Assembly: GCF_009914755.1 (NCBI RefSeq)
Contig: NC_060934.1
Length of the DNA: 64,000 bases
Direction: 5' to 3' (one strand)
From: the human T2T-CHM13v2.0 reference genome, Homo sapiens
Positions 11,882 to 26,122 of this stretch are shown here, in pieces. The position numbers and the translations under genes were made by a program. The notes below the pieces were generated by a model. That model had not been told where the DNA came from. It was given only the letters and a program-made list of their open reading frames with translations, and searched no databases. How positions within the stretch are numbered: position 1 is the first letter of the stretch; each line of letters begins with the position of its first letter.

Positions 11882-13289
11882 TGAGAGGTGACAGTGTGCT
11901 GGCAGCCCTTGCTCGCTCTCGGCGCCTCCTCGGCCTCGGCACCCACTCTAGCCGTGCTTGAGGAGCCCTTCAGCCCGCCACTGCACTATGGGAGCCCCTC
12001 TCTGGGCTGGTCGAGGTCGGAGCCAGCTCCCTCTGCTCGCAGGGATGTGTGGAGGGACAGGCGCTGGCAGGAACCGGGGCTGTGCACCACGTTCGCGGGC
12101 CAGCGTGAGTTCTGGGTGGGCATGGGCTCAGCGGTCCTGCACTCGGGGTGGCCAGCTGGTGCCACCAGCCCCGGGCAGTGAGGGGCTTAGCACCCGGGCC
12201 AGCAGCTGCAGAGGGTGTGCCGGGTGCCCCAGCAGTGCTGGTCTGCGGGCGCTGCGCTCGAATTCTTGCTCGGTCTCAGCTGCCTCCCCACGGGGCAGGG
12301 CTCAGGACCTGCAGCCTGCCATGCCCGAGACTCCCCCCGCTGCCCTGGGCTCCTGCGCGGCCAGAGTCTCCCCAAGGAGCGCCGCCCCCTGCTTCACGGA
12401 GCCTGGTCCCATCAACCGCCGAAGGGCTGAGGAGTGCTGGTGCAAGGCAGAGGACTGGCAAGCAGCTCCACCTGCTGCCCCAGTGCAGGATCCACTAGGT
12501 GAAGCCAGCTGGGCTCCAGAGTCTAGCGGGGACTTGGAGAACCTTTATGTCTAGCTAAGGGATTGTAGATACACCAATCAGCACTCTGTGTCTAACTCAA
12601 GGTTTGTGAATGCACCAATCAGCACTCTGTGTCTAGCTCAAGGTTTGTAAATGCACCAATCAGCGCTCTGTATCTAGCTAATCTGTGGGGACTTGGAGAA
12701 CTTTTGTGTCTAGCTGAGGGATTGTAAACACACCAATCAGCACCCTGTCAAAATGGACCAATCAGCTCTTTGTAAAACAGACCAATCAGCTCTCTGTTAA
12801 ACGGACCGATCAGCAGGATGTGGGTAGGGCCAGATAAGGGAATAAAAGGAGGCTGCCCAAGCCAGCAGTGGCAACCAGCTGGGGTGCCCTTCCACGGTCT
12901 GGAGGTTTTGTTCTTTTGTTCTTTTGTTCTTTGCAGTAAATCTTGCTGCTGCTCACTCTTTGGGTCCGCACTACTCTTATGAGCGGTAATACTCACCGGG
13001 AAGGTTTGCAGCTTCACTCTTGAGGCCAGCGAGACCACTAACCCAACTAGGAGAAATAACGCCAGACGCGCCACCTTAAGAGCTGTGACACTCATCATGT
13101 AGGTCTGTAGCTTTGCTCCTGAAGCCAACAAGACCACGAACCCACCAGAAGGAAGAAACTCCGAAGATGTCCGAACATCAGAAGGAGCAAACTCCGGACA
13201 CATCACTTTTGAGAACTGTAACACTCACCACGAGGGGCCGCGGCTTTCTTGAAGTCAGTGAGACCAAGACCCCACCAATTCCGGACACA
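11882..13289 (+). mobile_element. LTR12C/LTR12E (ERV9) solo LTR, full length (1408 bp)
   Basis: Starts TGAGAGGTGACAGTGTGCTGGCAGCC, ends CCAATTCCGGACACA. Exact 4-bp TSD GTGG (11878-11881 / 13290-13293). GC/CpG-rich U3 and tandem CCAAT repeats. Confidence 0.96.
12570..12875 (+). promoter_or_regulatory. LTR12 U3 promoter: six NF-Y CCAAT boxes, a GATA site and a TATA-like box
   Basis: CCAATCAG with CCAAT at 12574, 12615, 12656, 12733, 12758 and 12782 (degenerate CCGAT ~12806). AGATAA at 12832, AATAAAAG at 12841, expected TSS ~12865-12870. Confidence 0.8.
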
Positions 13290-13317
13290 GTGGGACATTA
13301 AAAATTGAGATTCTATT

Positions 13318-13652
13318 CTTTATTTATTTTTGATTATAAATTGGCAATTTATAATTGTATCAATTTATGGGAAACAAAGTGTTATTATGATTTATGAATA
13401 TAATGTATAATTAAATCAAGCTGTTTAACTTTTTTGTGGTGAAAACATTTGAAATTTACTCTTAGCAATTTAGAAATATACAATGCCCTATTATTAACTA
13501 TATCTACTATATTATAAAATAGAACTAAAAAAATATATTCCACCTGTCTAATTGAGATTTGGTACCCTTTGCCCATCATCGCCCCATTCATCCCACCCTC
13601 AGCCTCTTTAGCCACCATTCTGTTTTGTGTTTCTATGAGTTCTATTTTGAGA
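13318..13652 (-). mobile_element. L1MA-type 3' end fragment
   Basis: TTTTTTGTGGTGAAAACATTTGAAATTTACTCTTAGCAATT...ACCATTCTG...TTCTATGAGTTC is a reverse L1MA8-10-like 3'UTR. Confidence 0.8.
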
Positions 13653-16439
13653 ATTGCAGGGCACTGAAAATAGAGTGGGCTTTCCATTCAGGCAACTCAA
13701 AGGTAATATTTATTTCTGCCTCTGTATAGTTTTGCATCTTTAGGCAAGGTTCTCTGCTCCTTTAATTTCTTCATCTGAAAATTGAGAATAATTATTTGGA
13801 AAACAAATATAATAGATATAACATTTTTATTATATCTAGGCACTTATTTCAAAACCTCTGCATTTGTAAGGATACAGTTAAATTTTCTGAGAAATAAAAT
13901 GATCTAAAGATGTATGTTACAAGTACAAAATTATAGAAGAGTCATGTGTGGCATTTAAAAAGACAACTGAGGGAATTTGCTTTGAATAAGAAAAAATAGA
14001 AATTTTTTTGTGTATTTTTTAACCATACTTGCCTGTAAGCAGAAGGGTGTTAAAATCCTAAAAGTTGATTATTTTGCTTCTGAAAATGTTGTCAGTACCA
14101 TCTCTTAATTTTGTTTGAAATAATTTACTTATTCAAATTTTCCTGGGCTTTATCTCATACAGTGTATGGTAAAGTAATGTAACTCTAGGCTTATTTCTTG
14201 ACAGTCATCTGCAGAGGCTGAGGGAATCTGCAGTGAGTTAGTGTTAGAGCACAGGCACATGGGCACTGGAGGGATTTTGAAACAGCCTTTTCAAAGCAGA
14301 ACCTATCTGGTGAAACAAGGATGTCTAATATAAAGCAGAAGCATGCCTTCTAGAGAAAGGACATTTTATGCCGAATTTATGCTGTATCGAATTTTGCAGA
14401 GTAAATGGAGAAGTGTGAGAGTTTGAATTTCCCTTTATTGCTCCAGTCAGCAAAGACCAAAAACCCAAATCCAAGCCTTTATCAGATTATCTCCCTACAA
14501 ATCCCTGACATAAGGTAAACATGGCCACATTTTTCCTGTCCTAATTCAATATTGACATGCAGCCTCACAACTGATATAATGGTTGTCTTTTTCCCAAATT
14601 TCACACACAAAAACGTGAGTCTTGAAAAAATGAACGTTTTGTGCAAATATATTTCAAAAGAGACGAATAAATATTTGAGTTGTTTTGGCAGACAATCTGG
14701 GGAGATTAAACTTTTATTTTGCTTTATGCATAATCCCATTTTGGTCTATGGACAGGGAAGCATGGAATCACCAGAGGTGACGTTGGTTTGGGCACAGTGT
14801 AGACTGAACATAGAGGTACAAATAATTTTATTTTTCAGTTTTCAAAGTGTAGATATGACTGAAAATCCAAAAGTTTTGCTACAAACTGTTTCCTTTAAAA
14901 TTTCAAACCCTAAAGAAGTTAAGTTCTTCTATGTTTGAGTGATTTGCCTACAAACAACTAAAAATGTTGTTTTGAAAATTGCTTAATGACTTAGGCACAT
15001 TTCTAACTTTTTCGTTAATCTGTATGACTATTTTCCGTGTATAAATACTCATAAGAAAAACTTTTTACTAAATGTCTGCGTGCTTTAGGACACGTAATGT
15101 GTTTTTCTTTTTCTTTAAATGGTAAAAAACAGCAAAGCAAATTATAAAAACATTAAATACCACAATGTTTATGCCAGTGTAAAAGAACGCTCTTATCTTC
15201 ACCAGTACCCCAAGTCTTTCTCCCAGAGACAGTCTCAACAGAAAGTTCCTTGAATATTCTGTCAAAAATGTGCATGTGCTTGTAAGCATCTATATTTGTG
15301 TACTTTTCATCTTCAAAAATTACAGCATATTCTGTTGAGTTTTTTTCACTAACAATTTGACAGATATAAACACCAATTTTTTAGAGACATACACCAACAA
15401 ACACTTCTAACACTTCCAACAGCAACTCAAAAATTTTTTTTTAAAATTTGAAACATTTTTATATTTGTTGATTTGATTTTTAAAATATTTAAAAAGTCAT
15501 ATTAATGTAATTATAAGTGAAAGTTGCAGTCATCCTATAGGCTTATAAACTACTTAGATTTACCTGTTATTTTCTATTGGCTTGATGGTGTTTTACGAGG
15601 TTATGTGTTCTTAAGATATTAAAATAATAAAATGCCAGCCATATATAATGCATTTTCAAATATTGTGTGGTTTTTATTACAAGATTGTTAAATTATTGAT
15701 ATTCATAATTTATATACTTTTATTTATACAAATATATCAATCTTTTCCCTATGTGTCTGTATTCTGTGTCTTGGTGATCTACATCCTGACAATTATACAA
15801 TGTCCATTTTCTCTCCACCAATAACTCTCCTTAGAGGTCAGAATGACATAACTAGCCAACAGTTCAATTTTATAGGTCTTGCATATTTCATACATAACCA
15901 AAACTAACTTACTATCTTTTTTCTTATCATCTTTTCTCATGCATTTTCTCTTTTCTACTGGACATCACCTCACTAGACCCCACTCCAGTACATCTGTTCT
16001 GACTGGTCAGTGTCCACACACCAGATGTTACATGTTTTGATTATCACTGCTGTTTACATTCATGCACACATGTGAAAGATTGCCTTGGCCAATGGAATGT
16101 GGGTAGATGCAGCCTCACCTTGTATGCAAGCAGAAACTCTAAAGACAATCACATGTTTCTGCCAGGTTTCATGCTTCTGTCTGACCTTGTTTCTGTAGAA
16201 GGGATATGGAGGAAGAGCTGTGGAGAAGAATACAGCTGCAAATCAGCAGAAAAGGATTTCAGTATTTCAACAATCATTTAAGTTACATCAGTGGGGACTG
16301 CATGACTATTTGTCTTGTAAGTGTATGTGAACACAACCAGCTCATATAGTTCACTGCCTGCTGAAAGGGAGACCTCAGATTCAGAACCTATCTAGACTGA
16401 AATATTTCACCTTCAATTGACCCCTCTTCATTTAGCTTC

Positions 16440-17525
<1,086 letters not shown>

Positions 17526-19654
17526 CAGATAGGATATCATCCTTATTATATTGTATTTCAATTTCTGATTGTTATACCATTTTGCTTTCTATTTTCTAAG
17601 CTCTTAGATGGTAGGGATCATGCCTTTCAATGCAGGGTCTAAATCAATGACTCAGAGCAGTAGATACTTAAATGTTTGCTTAAAGACTGGCTGAATGAAT
17701 GCTGGGAAAGTTAAATGTTAAAAGAAGAGCTGACAAACAAGGGAGTTCATTGTCAAAAATAAGGCTTCAAACAGTAAATTATACAGTTTGGGTAATTCTT
17801 AGTGCTATTTTATTTCCTTTATAAATTACAATATTCTTTTTCTTAATGAGCTAAGGGAATAAAGATATTATTCCAGTTGCGCATCAGATATGTAGCATAT
17901 GTAAGCCAGGAAAACAGAATTCAGCAGCTATTAAAATGTATCGAAGCTTGTGTGTATGTTTCTTAAACAAATAATTAGAATGTAAGGTAAATCTGACACC
18001 TTGCTGGTTTATTTTGTGAAAAATATTAAAATTTTCAGCATTTTAAGCAAAACTCTTTATTGCAGTTAAGATTTCATTTCAAACAAAGAGATTTACCTGT
18101 TTCTGAACCACTAAAGGCAATTCGTGTCTGTTTCAGCTGGTTTAGGAAAAGGTAGGGCAAATAGCAGAACCCAAGAGATTCATCTTAATTTCCCTGACCG
18201 AGTAACATTTAAGGAAGTTATAGGGCATGAAATAAACAAACCTGGAAGATCTTAAGAGGGGAACTATGGTTCCAAATGTGAACAGCCAGGGTAAATTCTG
18301 CTATTGGAAAGATACTAGATATAAGCATGTATTTAGAAATACAAGTTGGGATCTGGAGAGAATATCCCCTCCATCCCATTAAGACAGGCCTAGAGGAGGA
18401 AAGGCATTTCCTAAAAGAGATATGGCAAAAAGGACCCTGGCGTGATTCTTCTCAGTTAGTAGGTTTTGATGTAAGTTCATTGCTCATATCTAGCATTTGA
18501 AGCAACATTGGTTAGTAAATTAAAGAGTGGAGCCTATATAAACATGGAGAAAATTAACATGGCATGTTCCTGAAACAAGCTCTTGGCTAGAATTTAAAAT
18601 ATTGTTTATCATTATCCATTTTATGCAAAAGAAGATGATTCATTGTTAAAGTAAATATTTCTGGGTTATTTAGGTGAATGTATAGCAGTGAGTACAACAG
18701 CTAGTGAATACAAGATTCCAGGGATAAAACTGTCTCAAATAGGGAGGGTCATTTCCTCAGTGCAGCCTGAGTTAACAGTCATGTGGAAGAAGGAAAAAAT
18801 TCTTAGTCAATAAGAGCCCAGGTGGCAGCTAGATAAACAGTGCTTAGTGTCAAATGTAAAAGGCACTTTATAAATTTGTTTACTAATTTACAGGTTTGTG
18901 AAGATAATGGTCACCACTTAACCCCAACTCTTAGCATAATACCCGAAACACAGCAAGAATTCAATAGACATCTTTTAGTTGAATAAATTAATAAATACAT
19001 GAATATATCAGAAAGAATTTTTTTTAAATGCAAATCAAGAGTGGTTATCGGAGGCTTAGAAAACTGAAAGGAGTCCAAGCTAAGAGATTGGTTCAGTACT
19101 GAGGTCATGAAGAGATACTGAATCCAGCAGCTCTCCTTTAAGATCAGGTACAATATATGTTGCTGGGTTGATCATTCCCCTTTGAAGTTGCTATATGGAA
19201 AAAAATAAAAATAGTTCTAGCCAGTGAAGAAGCATTGACTAAAATAATCAAATACAAACAACAATAGATCTATTTTTGCTTATTTTTTTAACACTATAGA
19301 TTTAGCATTTGTATTTTGTAATGGTTTTCTAAATGACCCAGTGTTAGACATTGTATCTTTGTAAGCCTACATTTTTTGACAGTGTATTCAATTAATAATA
19401 CTACCATCAATTTGTGAAATTTGTGTATATTTGAAGCAGTTCTGAAGTTTGCATTAAGATATTTAATTGAATAATGTTGTGACTGTAAGTATTACAAATG
19501 TTTCTTATAATCCTTTCTTTCTGTAACTGAGAGGAAAATGTGTTTTACCAAGATGCTTTTAGAATAAACTTTATTTCCTCTTATAAAGAATGAAGAATAT
19601 TCATTAAGAAAAAGTTGGAAATATAAAACAAAAATAATAATATAATGGAATACT

Positions 19655-20129
19655 GCATCACATCCTCTTGAACCATCACTGACTGTAGTCATAGCTACAA
19701 ATGACCATTCCACTTAAGCTCAGACACCTTCTGTTGTCAGCATTATCCTTCCAGCATCCTGATGCATATCTTTGACTTCGGCCCCAGAACTTCTCAAATG
19801 TTTCAGGAACCAACTCAGCTCTTGTGTAACCATGGCCTGGAAGCATAGGCAAGTTAACGTCCCTGCAGTCAACCATCAACCAAAGAAAGATGGGAGGCAG
19901 TAGATAAATGTTCCAACCTCCAGTCTTTCTGGAAGACGCTCTAAACACTTTTTGGGAGTTTGTAGTGGAATAGAGTACCTGTTGGCCACAGCAACAACAC
20001 TATAGGCTTTTCTGCCTTTTCCGTCTCATTCTCCCCTTGCTCCTTCTCCTGATTTCACCTCTTAAATAAGCTACCTGATTGCAAGTCCTTTTTCTTAGCC
20101 TGTAATTCAGGAGAACCCAAACTAAGACA
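19655..20129 (+). mobile_element. LTR16 (LTR16C-like) ERVL solo LTR
   Basis: CCTGGAAGCATAGGCAAGTTAACGTCCC...CAACCAAAGAAAGATGGGAG...GAGAACCCAAACTAAGACA terminus. Confidence 0.75.
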
Positions 20130-20641
20130 CATAATAACAAGAAATATAGCTATGGTTACAAAACTTAGACATAACCAACCCTAACATTTTGGATGTCATC
20201 CTTCCAATTTGACTTCTTTTTTCGAACTCTGTAAGATTATATATTTGGAAATAGTTTGAACATTACCAAATTATGCACAGCAAATGATGAAAATTTCCTT
20301 CCACGTGTTCACCAGCCACATTTCCAGCTAACCTCTCTCCATAGCAGTAAGTCATACTAAAGTTTAATATAAATCCTTCTTATTATGCTCTTTTATACAT
20401 ATAAATGTATAAATACAAACAACTGTTCTGTCTTTCTTGGTTACTATTAAGAGCACTTACAACTACATATTTTTCTATATATCTTTGACCAGTTTTAATA
20501 AAATACGAAGTTATCATTTTTGTTATTTTATGAATAGTATATAATTGATCATTGATTACCTCTTTGACCCATGATATGTCTTTAGTAATTGAGATTAAAT
20601 AAATAAATCACTAATGGATGACATACAATTTTTTATTTCAG

Positions 20642-20773
20642 AAATGTTAAGTGAATCTGAAATCAGCAACCTGTTTTTAAGTGTTCAGGATCTATGCCAA
20701 TCAGCAATTGTTGTGCAATAGACTCTCTCAAAACACAGAATGAGAACAGTCACTTCAAGCATCTTTGAGTCAG
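20642..20773 (+). other. Candidate non-coding exon (132 nt)
   Basis: Branch point CACTAAT (~20609-20615), acceptor TTTTTTATTTCAG|, donor CAG|GTGAGT; stop codons in all three frames. Confidence 0.45.
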
Positions 20774-21754
20774 GTGAGTACCAGCTGATCTTGGCTGAAA
20801 TCAGTGGGCAGTGGGCAGCCTTGCTGTCTGCTTCAAGTTCTGATGGCTGGGATGGTTCTGCTTCCATGTATTTGTCGTCATTCTCTATGGCCTGCCAATG
20901 TGAATATTGTTCTATTAGGTGTGCTGCTTTTACCTGAATAGAAAACCGACCAAAATTTTACCTACTGTAGAAGAAAATGCTGAATGATCAAAATGATGTT
21001 AATCACTACTGTAACTGTGTCTCTCTCCCTCTATCATCAGTGTCATATTGTATGATGTATTGTCTCTATTATTAGGGAATAACTTTTCCCTATATACATG
21101 TATATGCCCCTTTCCACTAATTTCAATTATAGAGGCTTTTAATTCAAGACAAGTTTTGCATATTGTTTTATAAAATAAATATATTTACTTTTTAGAAAAG
21201 AAAACACATAAGCAAAATAAACAATAAGAAATGTTTTTCATGCCTGGTATCTAAAAACCCATAGCAGGGCTTCTCTGAAACACATAAAAGTTTTGTAGGA
21301 TGGAATTCTATTACATAGCAACACAAAAAAGCTTGGGATCATCAAGGTCCTGTAACTTCCTCATGAAGATGAGGTCTTCAATTCATTTTTTATGGTTGTT
21401 TTCTCCCCTGTGAAATCTAGATTATGATTCAGGCTGCATCATACTCTTGCTCCAATGGAAGAAGAGTTTGTGACGACAGTTCCTATTTAAGCCAACTCTT
21501 TTTGTGACAATTTCATGGCTTCTCTCTTCTTCTTCTGACAAATGTGTTTAAAAGCAGCTACAGCTGTTAAAACCCCAATAAGCTGCTCAGTGATTTTGAG
21601 CTGAGTGGGCAGCCCTTCCATACTAACTGCCATGTCTTGTCTGTGCTATATTTTCTATTTAGTGGTTATGTCTAAACACTGGCTATTCTCAAAACCATCA
21701 CAAAATCATGGCTCAAAATGAGGAAAGAGAAAAATCAGTTACCTTGTGCAATGC

Positions 21755-22480
21755 AATTTTGGTACTAACTACCCAGAGTTAAGCCAGATTTCACAAGTTA
21801 AGCAGTCCTCCATATGACTGCCCTCACTTCAGACATCAGCTACAAACTTGGGGACTCCTAGGCCACCCACACTTTTGAACAAATTGCTACAAATTTAGGG
21901 GTTCCCACTATCTGCTCTGCTTCAACGATTTGCTTTAATAAACTCAGAAAAGTACTGTGCTTAAAATCACAGTTTTATTATAGCAACAAAGGATACAAAT
22001 CAGGCCAGCCAAAAAGAGCGATGGAGAGGGAAAGTTATGGGAGGCCCCCCAGTGAAAAGCTTCTATGTTCACTCTCCATGGAACCAGGATGTATCTTCCT
22101 CCTGGCACATTCATGTGTATTACCAACCAGGAACCTTGCCTGAGCTTCGCGTCTGAGTTTTTATTGGGAGTTCATGATGTAGACATGATGGATTGAATCA
22201 CTAGCCTTGAGGTTGAACTCTTATCTCCAGCCCTCCTCCCCTCCATGGAATTTGCGTTAATTTCAAGTGGCACAAAGCCCCAATCCTCTAATCACATGGT
22301 TGGTCTTTCTAGCACGGCCAAGTCCCATCGGAATCATCTCCTTAGCATAAACTCACCTGTCATCCAAGTAGCCCACCGTGAATAACAAAGACTTTCCTGT
22401 CACTCTGGGAATTCCCAAGGTTTAGAAGCTCCCTGCCAGGAACTGTGGACAAAGACCAGCCAAATGATTTAGTATATGAT
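21755..22480 (-). mobile_element. MER21B-like solo LTR
   Basis: ACTAACTACCCAGAGTTA...GACTGCCCTCACTTCAGACATCAGC...AAAGGATACAAATCAGG...GGACAAAGACCAGCCAAAT. Confidence 0.8.
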
Positions 22481-22709
22481 ACCTTGGCATAATGATTGAG
22501 TATCTAAAATACACCTCTGTTATTTGACAACGAAAACAAAAAGAAGAGGAAGCAATAGAAGTAGAGAAGTGATGTTCTTTGTAAAGCCAGAGGAGCATAT
22601 ATAAACCACCTATTAATAATGCTCACATAAGACCCACACAATCTAGGGTTTTAACACAAATGCAAATACATAATAGTGAAAGGAAAACCCAACTTTTAAG
22701 TTGAGCAAT

Positions 22710-22880
22710 CAGAGTAAGAATACTTAAATTTGAAATCCAGGTCTATCCTAGCTAATTTTACTTTTCAGCAAATCACTTAAACTCTGTGAACGAACTCAAT
22801 TTCCTCACCTCTAAATCAGTAATAAAATATTTTCCAGGAATGTTATAAAGGATATAATTAATAAATACAAATGAGATTCA
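22710..22880 (+). mobile_element. MIR fragment
   Basis: GCAAATCACTTAAACTCTGTG...CTCAATTTCCTCACCTCTAAA core. Confidence 0.6.
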
Positions 22881-23834
22881 GGTTAGGGGTAAATAGCTCA
22901 CTAGAGGGGAATCTGATTGTATAACACAAATTTTTTATTTCACCAATTGTGAAGATTCAGCTCCCCAATTGAAGTCACAGGACTTTTCTTCCTCCCTAAC
23001 CCATATCCACCTAATCTCACAACTCTGGCTCTGAAGATGTGTTTAGGAACAGATAGGAGAAATAATACCCAACCAATAACGGACTTTGTAACCTAATAAT
23101 TGCTGGACCAGTGGCACATATGACTGGTATAAATTTTTTGCAACACTGGTTTACCAAATCTGGTTTCTTTCGTCTAATTGGCCAGAAACCTTGGACATTC
23201 TCTCCGGGAGATCCTTGAAATGTAACAAACGACAGAAAGATATTTTTCTATCATATTGATGGCAACAGGGGGATGGTATCTACTCTGAAATTCCATACAC
23301 AGTTGATGCTTTCTTCTACAATGGGGACAACCTTTAAGCAGCCTATTCTAAACAGCATCACAAATTCCTGCAGGCTGTTAGCTTGAAGACCTTTATTTCG
23401 TTTTGCTTTCAGTCCCTCTCAAGTTATGATTGGTAAATGATCTATAGATGGTTAATATGTTTTTCCACAGGTCTAGAGTTCTTGTAGCTAAGGAAATTAA
23501 ACTCCCTCATCAACCTTAAATGTGAAATTAAAGAAATGTAGGTCCTGAACTGGACGCCAATATTCAAATGTCTTGAAACATGCTGACTTTGTCTTATACA
23601 TAACTTCCCTTGTTGTTCTCCAGCCTTCCAACTGGGATCATCAAATTATCAGCCAGCAACTAGCAGCCTAATTTCTTATAGGCAGCTTCTTTGTAAGGGA
23701 TAAGCAAAATGCTTGAGAAGCAGCAGTTTTTGCAATTGTGAGAGGATTTCTCGTATTGTAGAAGGAACTGATATGAAGAAAGATTATGTGATAATATGTG
23801 CGATTATGTGATAATATGAAGCACCCCCAGATAT

Positions 23835-24050
23835 GGATTGCTATGTTCCAGGTACTTTATGTACATTATGCAATTGAGGGGTTTTACGTGCCTTGTTTCA
23901 TTTAGGATTCACATGGTTCCATGAGATTAGTGTTATTGTGGTTCAGGTCGAGAGTATTTAAGTAAATTGCTACAGGCGGTAAAGCCAGAAAGTGGTAGAG
24001 CCCGTTTGTATACCATTCATGCCACAGTTCTTAAAGACTATACTATACTG
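23835..24050 (-). mobile_element. MIR fragment
   Basis: CTATGTTCCAGGTACT...TAAGTAAATTGC...AAGTGGTAGAGCC. Confidence 0.55.
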
Positions 24051-25262
24051 CTTGTGTAGGGAAATACATTTCACAATAAATCACATGGACAAGGCCTAAT
24101 GCATGTTGTCAAACAACAGAAGTAAGATAAAATCCTGAAACCTACAGGGATGGTTAATCTATCTTAATATATGGGAAGGCTGATTAGTCAGAACTGTTCT
24201 TGGATTGGGCTGCCTATGAGTTGGTGAGCTGCCTGTTATTGATGGAGTCCAAGAAGATGGGAGATAAGCACTTTGTGGAGTGTAGTCAGGGGAACATAGC
24301 ATCCTACGGACCTGAAAAAGATCCTTTCTGTGTTTAGAGAACACTTATTAATCACCAAATGTCCAAGCCCTTTATATCTATTTCCAGTCCTTCAGTTAGT
24401 CTAGCCTGATTCTTTCCTACTTATATAATTATTTTCAATTTTCCATTTTCTGTCCAGTGCTCTATAAGGAAATAACTTGATCAACTTAAGTCCCAAAGGA
24501 GAGATAACAGAAGCAATATCCTCTACAAGAATTCCTGGAAAAATGGTGTTGTGAAGAGAGTTTATTCCTAGCCTCCTAAATGGCCAGTCCTTGACTATCA
24601 GCTCAGTAAAAAACAAATCCTCCTTTGTGTCCTTAGAGATCATAATCATATCAAGTTATAATATTCACATGAATCTGTTTGTCTTCTCCTTTTCTCTACG
24701 AGTCCCTGGGAGTTAAAAGAGAGACCCAATAGCTTTAATTAAAAAAAAAATCCCTAAAATTACTGTTCTCAGTAATATGTTTAAGAGTATTTTACAAATA
24801 TACACTATATAGAAACCTCCAGAAGCCTAGATTAAAGAAAATAACACAAAGACAAAATGATTAATATGCAAAAAACAGTAACTTTGATGCAGAAAAGAGA
24901 TGACAAAAAATATAAAAATATTTTTGTTGTTTAACTTTAGATATTTGACAGAGAATTTCATCATTAGCTAGACCTAGTTAAATTTTAAAAAATCACAGTC
25001 AATTGCTTTCAAAATATAAAATTCAAATGACTTCACATCTCAATTATATTTCAATGATGCCTGCGATCACAAGCACACACATCAAGGGCTCCCTACCCAG
25101 GTCCTTTCAAGTCATGCAATACACTGACAGCTGTGTAGTCAAGCATCTACTAAAGCTAGTTCTGTTCTTCATGTATCCCTCTTTAGACTTAGCCCTGGGC
25201 TCCATTCTTTATTTTCAGTACCCTCTGCCTCTCATTCATGAGAATTGTGTGAAGAGCTAATA

Positions 25263-25572
25263 CTGGTTAAAACTTCTTATCAAAATCCAGACCTTTTTTA
25301 GCATTTGGAGGCTCCCAGATTTTAGAGAAATTTCATAGCATACATATTATATATGATTTCACAGCACCAATAGTGCCTTGATTAACAAATTCATAATCAA
25401 ACATATTAATAATTCTATGGAAAATTATATAAATATTTACTCTGAGAGAGATAAAGACCATTAATACCTGCACATATCTTTGGATCCAGATTCCTACCAA
25501 ATAAGTCAAAAAATACTTTTGTTTTTTGGAGATTTGTGGATATCTAAATGGCAGATACAGGATGATAGATCA
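25263..25572. mobile_element. MER46C-like Tigger MITE
   Basis: TA-flanked. The right end TTTTTTGGAGATTTGTGGATATC...GCAGATACAGGATGATAGATCAG resembles the MER46C terminus; internal CATAATCAAACATATTAATA. Confidence 0.6.
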
Positions 25573-25579
25573 GTAGTGA

Positions 25580-25735
25580 TTCTACAATATGTCAGACACG
25601 TACTACATGCTGTACATTCATCTGACTTTGCTTTGTTGTAATACCTAATGTAGTTGCTCAATATGCCAGTTCTGCATATCATAGAGCTCAGAGAGGTGAG
25701 GTTTCTCACCTAAGATCACACAGATGGCAATCAAC
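25580..25735 (-). mobile_element. MIR fragment
   Basis: GAGCTCAGAGAGGTGAGG...CCTAAGATCACACAG. Confidence 0.6.
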
Positions 25736-25743
25736 GCCAGGGT

Positions 25744-26122
25744 GCTATGGTTTAGATATATCCCCCAGAGCTCATGTGTTAAAAACCTAATCCCCAATGC
25801 AGCATTATTAGAAAGGGAGGCCACTAAGAGGTGACTAGGTAATGAGGACGGACCCCCTCATGAATGGATTAATGCCATCATTGTTGGACTGAATCAGTTA
25901 TCATGAGACTGGTGGTTTTATAAAAGGAAGTTCAGCCACCATTCTCTGTCTTGTGTGTTCACTTCCACCTTCCACACTTCCACCATGGCATAACCCTTGC
26001 CAGATGCTGGCACGTTTTGGGATTTTCCAGTGTCCAAAATCATGAGCTGAATAAATCTTTTTTTTCTGTATAAATTATCCAGTTTATGATATTCTGTTGC
26101 AGCAGCAGAAAACAGGCTAATA
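25744..26122 (+). mobile_element. MST (MSTB-like) MaLR solo LTR
   Basis: TGCTATGGTTTAGAT...CTCATGTGTT...TAATCCCCAATGCAGC...CTCATGAATGGATTAATGCC...GCAGCAGAAAACAGGCTAA. Confidence 0.85.

Noticed and set aside
11888-12554. Overlapping 97-198 aa ORFs
   Set aside because: They lie wholly within the GC-rich LTR12 U3, where stop codons are rare; no recognisable domain.
12530-12815. Regularly spaced ~41-bp repeats that look superficially CRISPR-like
   Set aside because: These are the known LTR12 CCAAT-containing tandem enhancer units. They have no unique spacers, there are no cas genes, and the context is eukaryotic.
18121-18160. Possible 15-nt micro-exon TTTCAG|CTGGTTTAGGAAAAG|GTAGGG (and an 11-nt one at 13692-13702)
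   Set aside because: No host gene can be identified and conservation cannot be assessed here; such motifs arise by chance.
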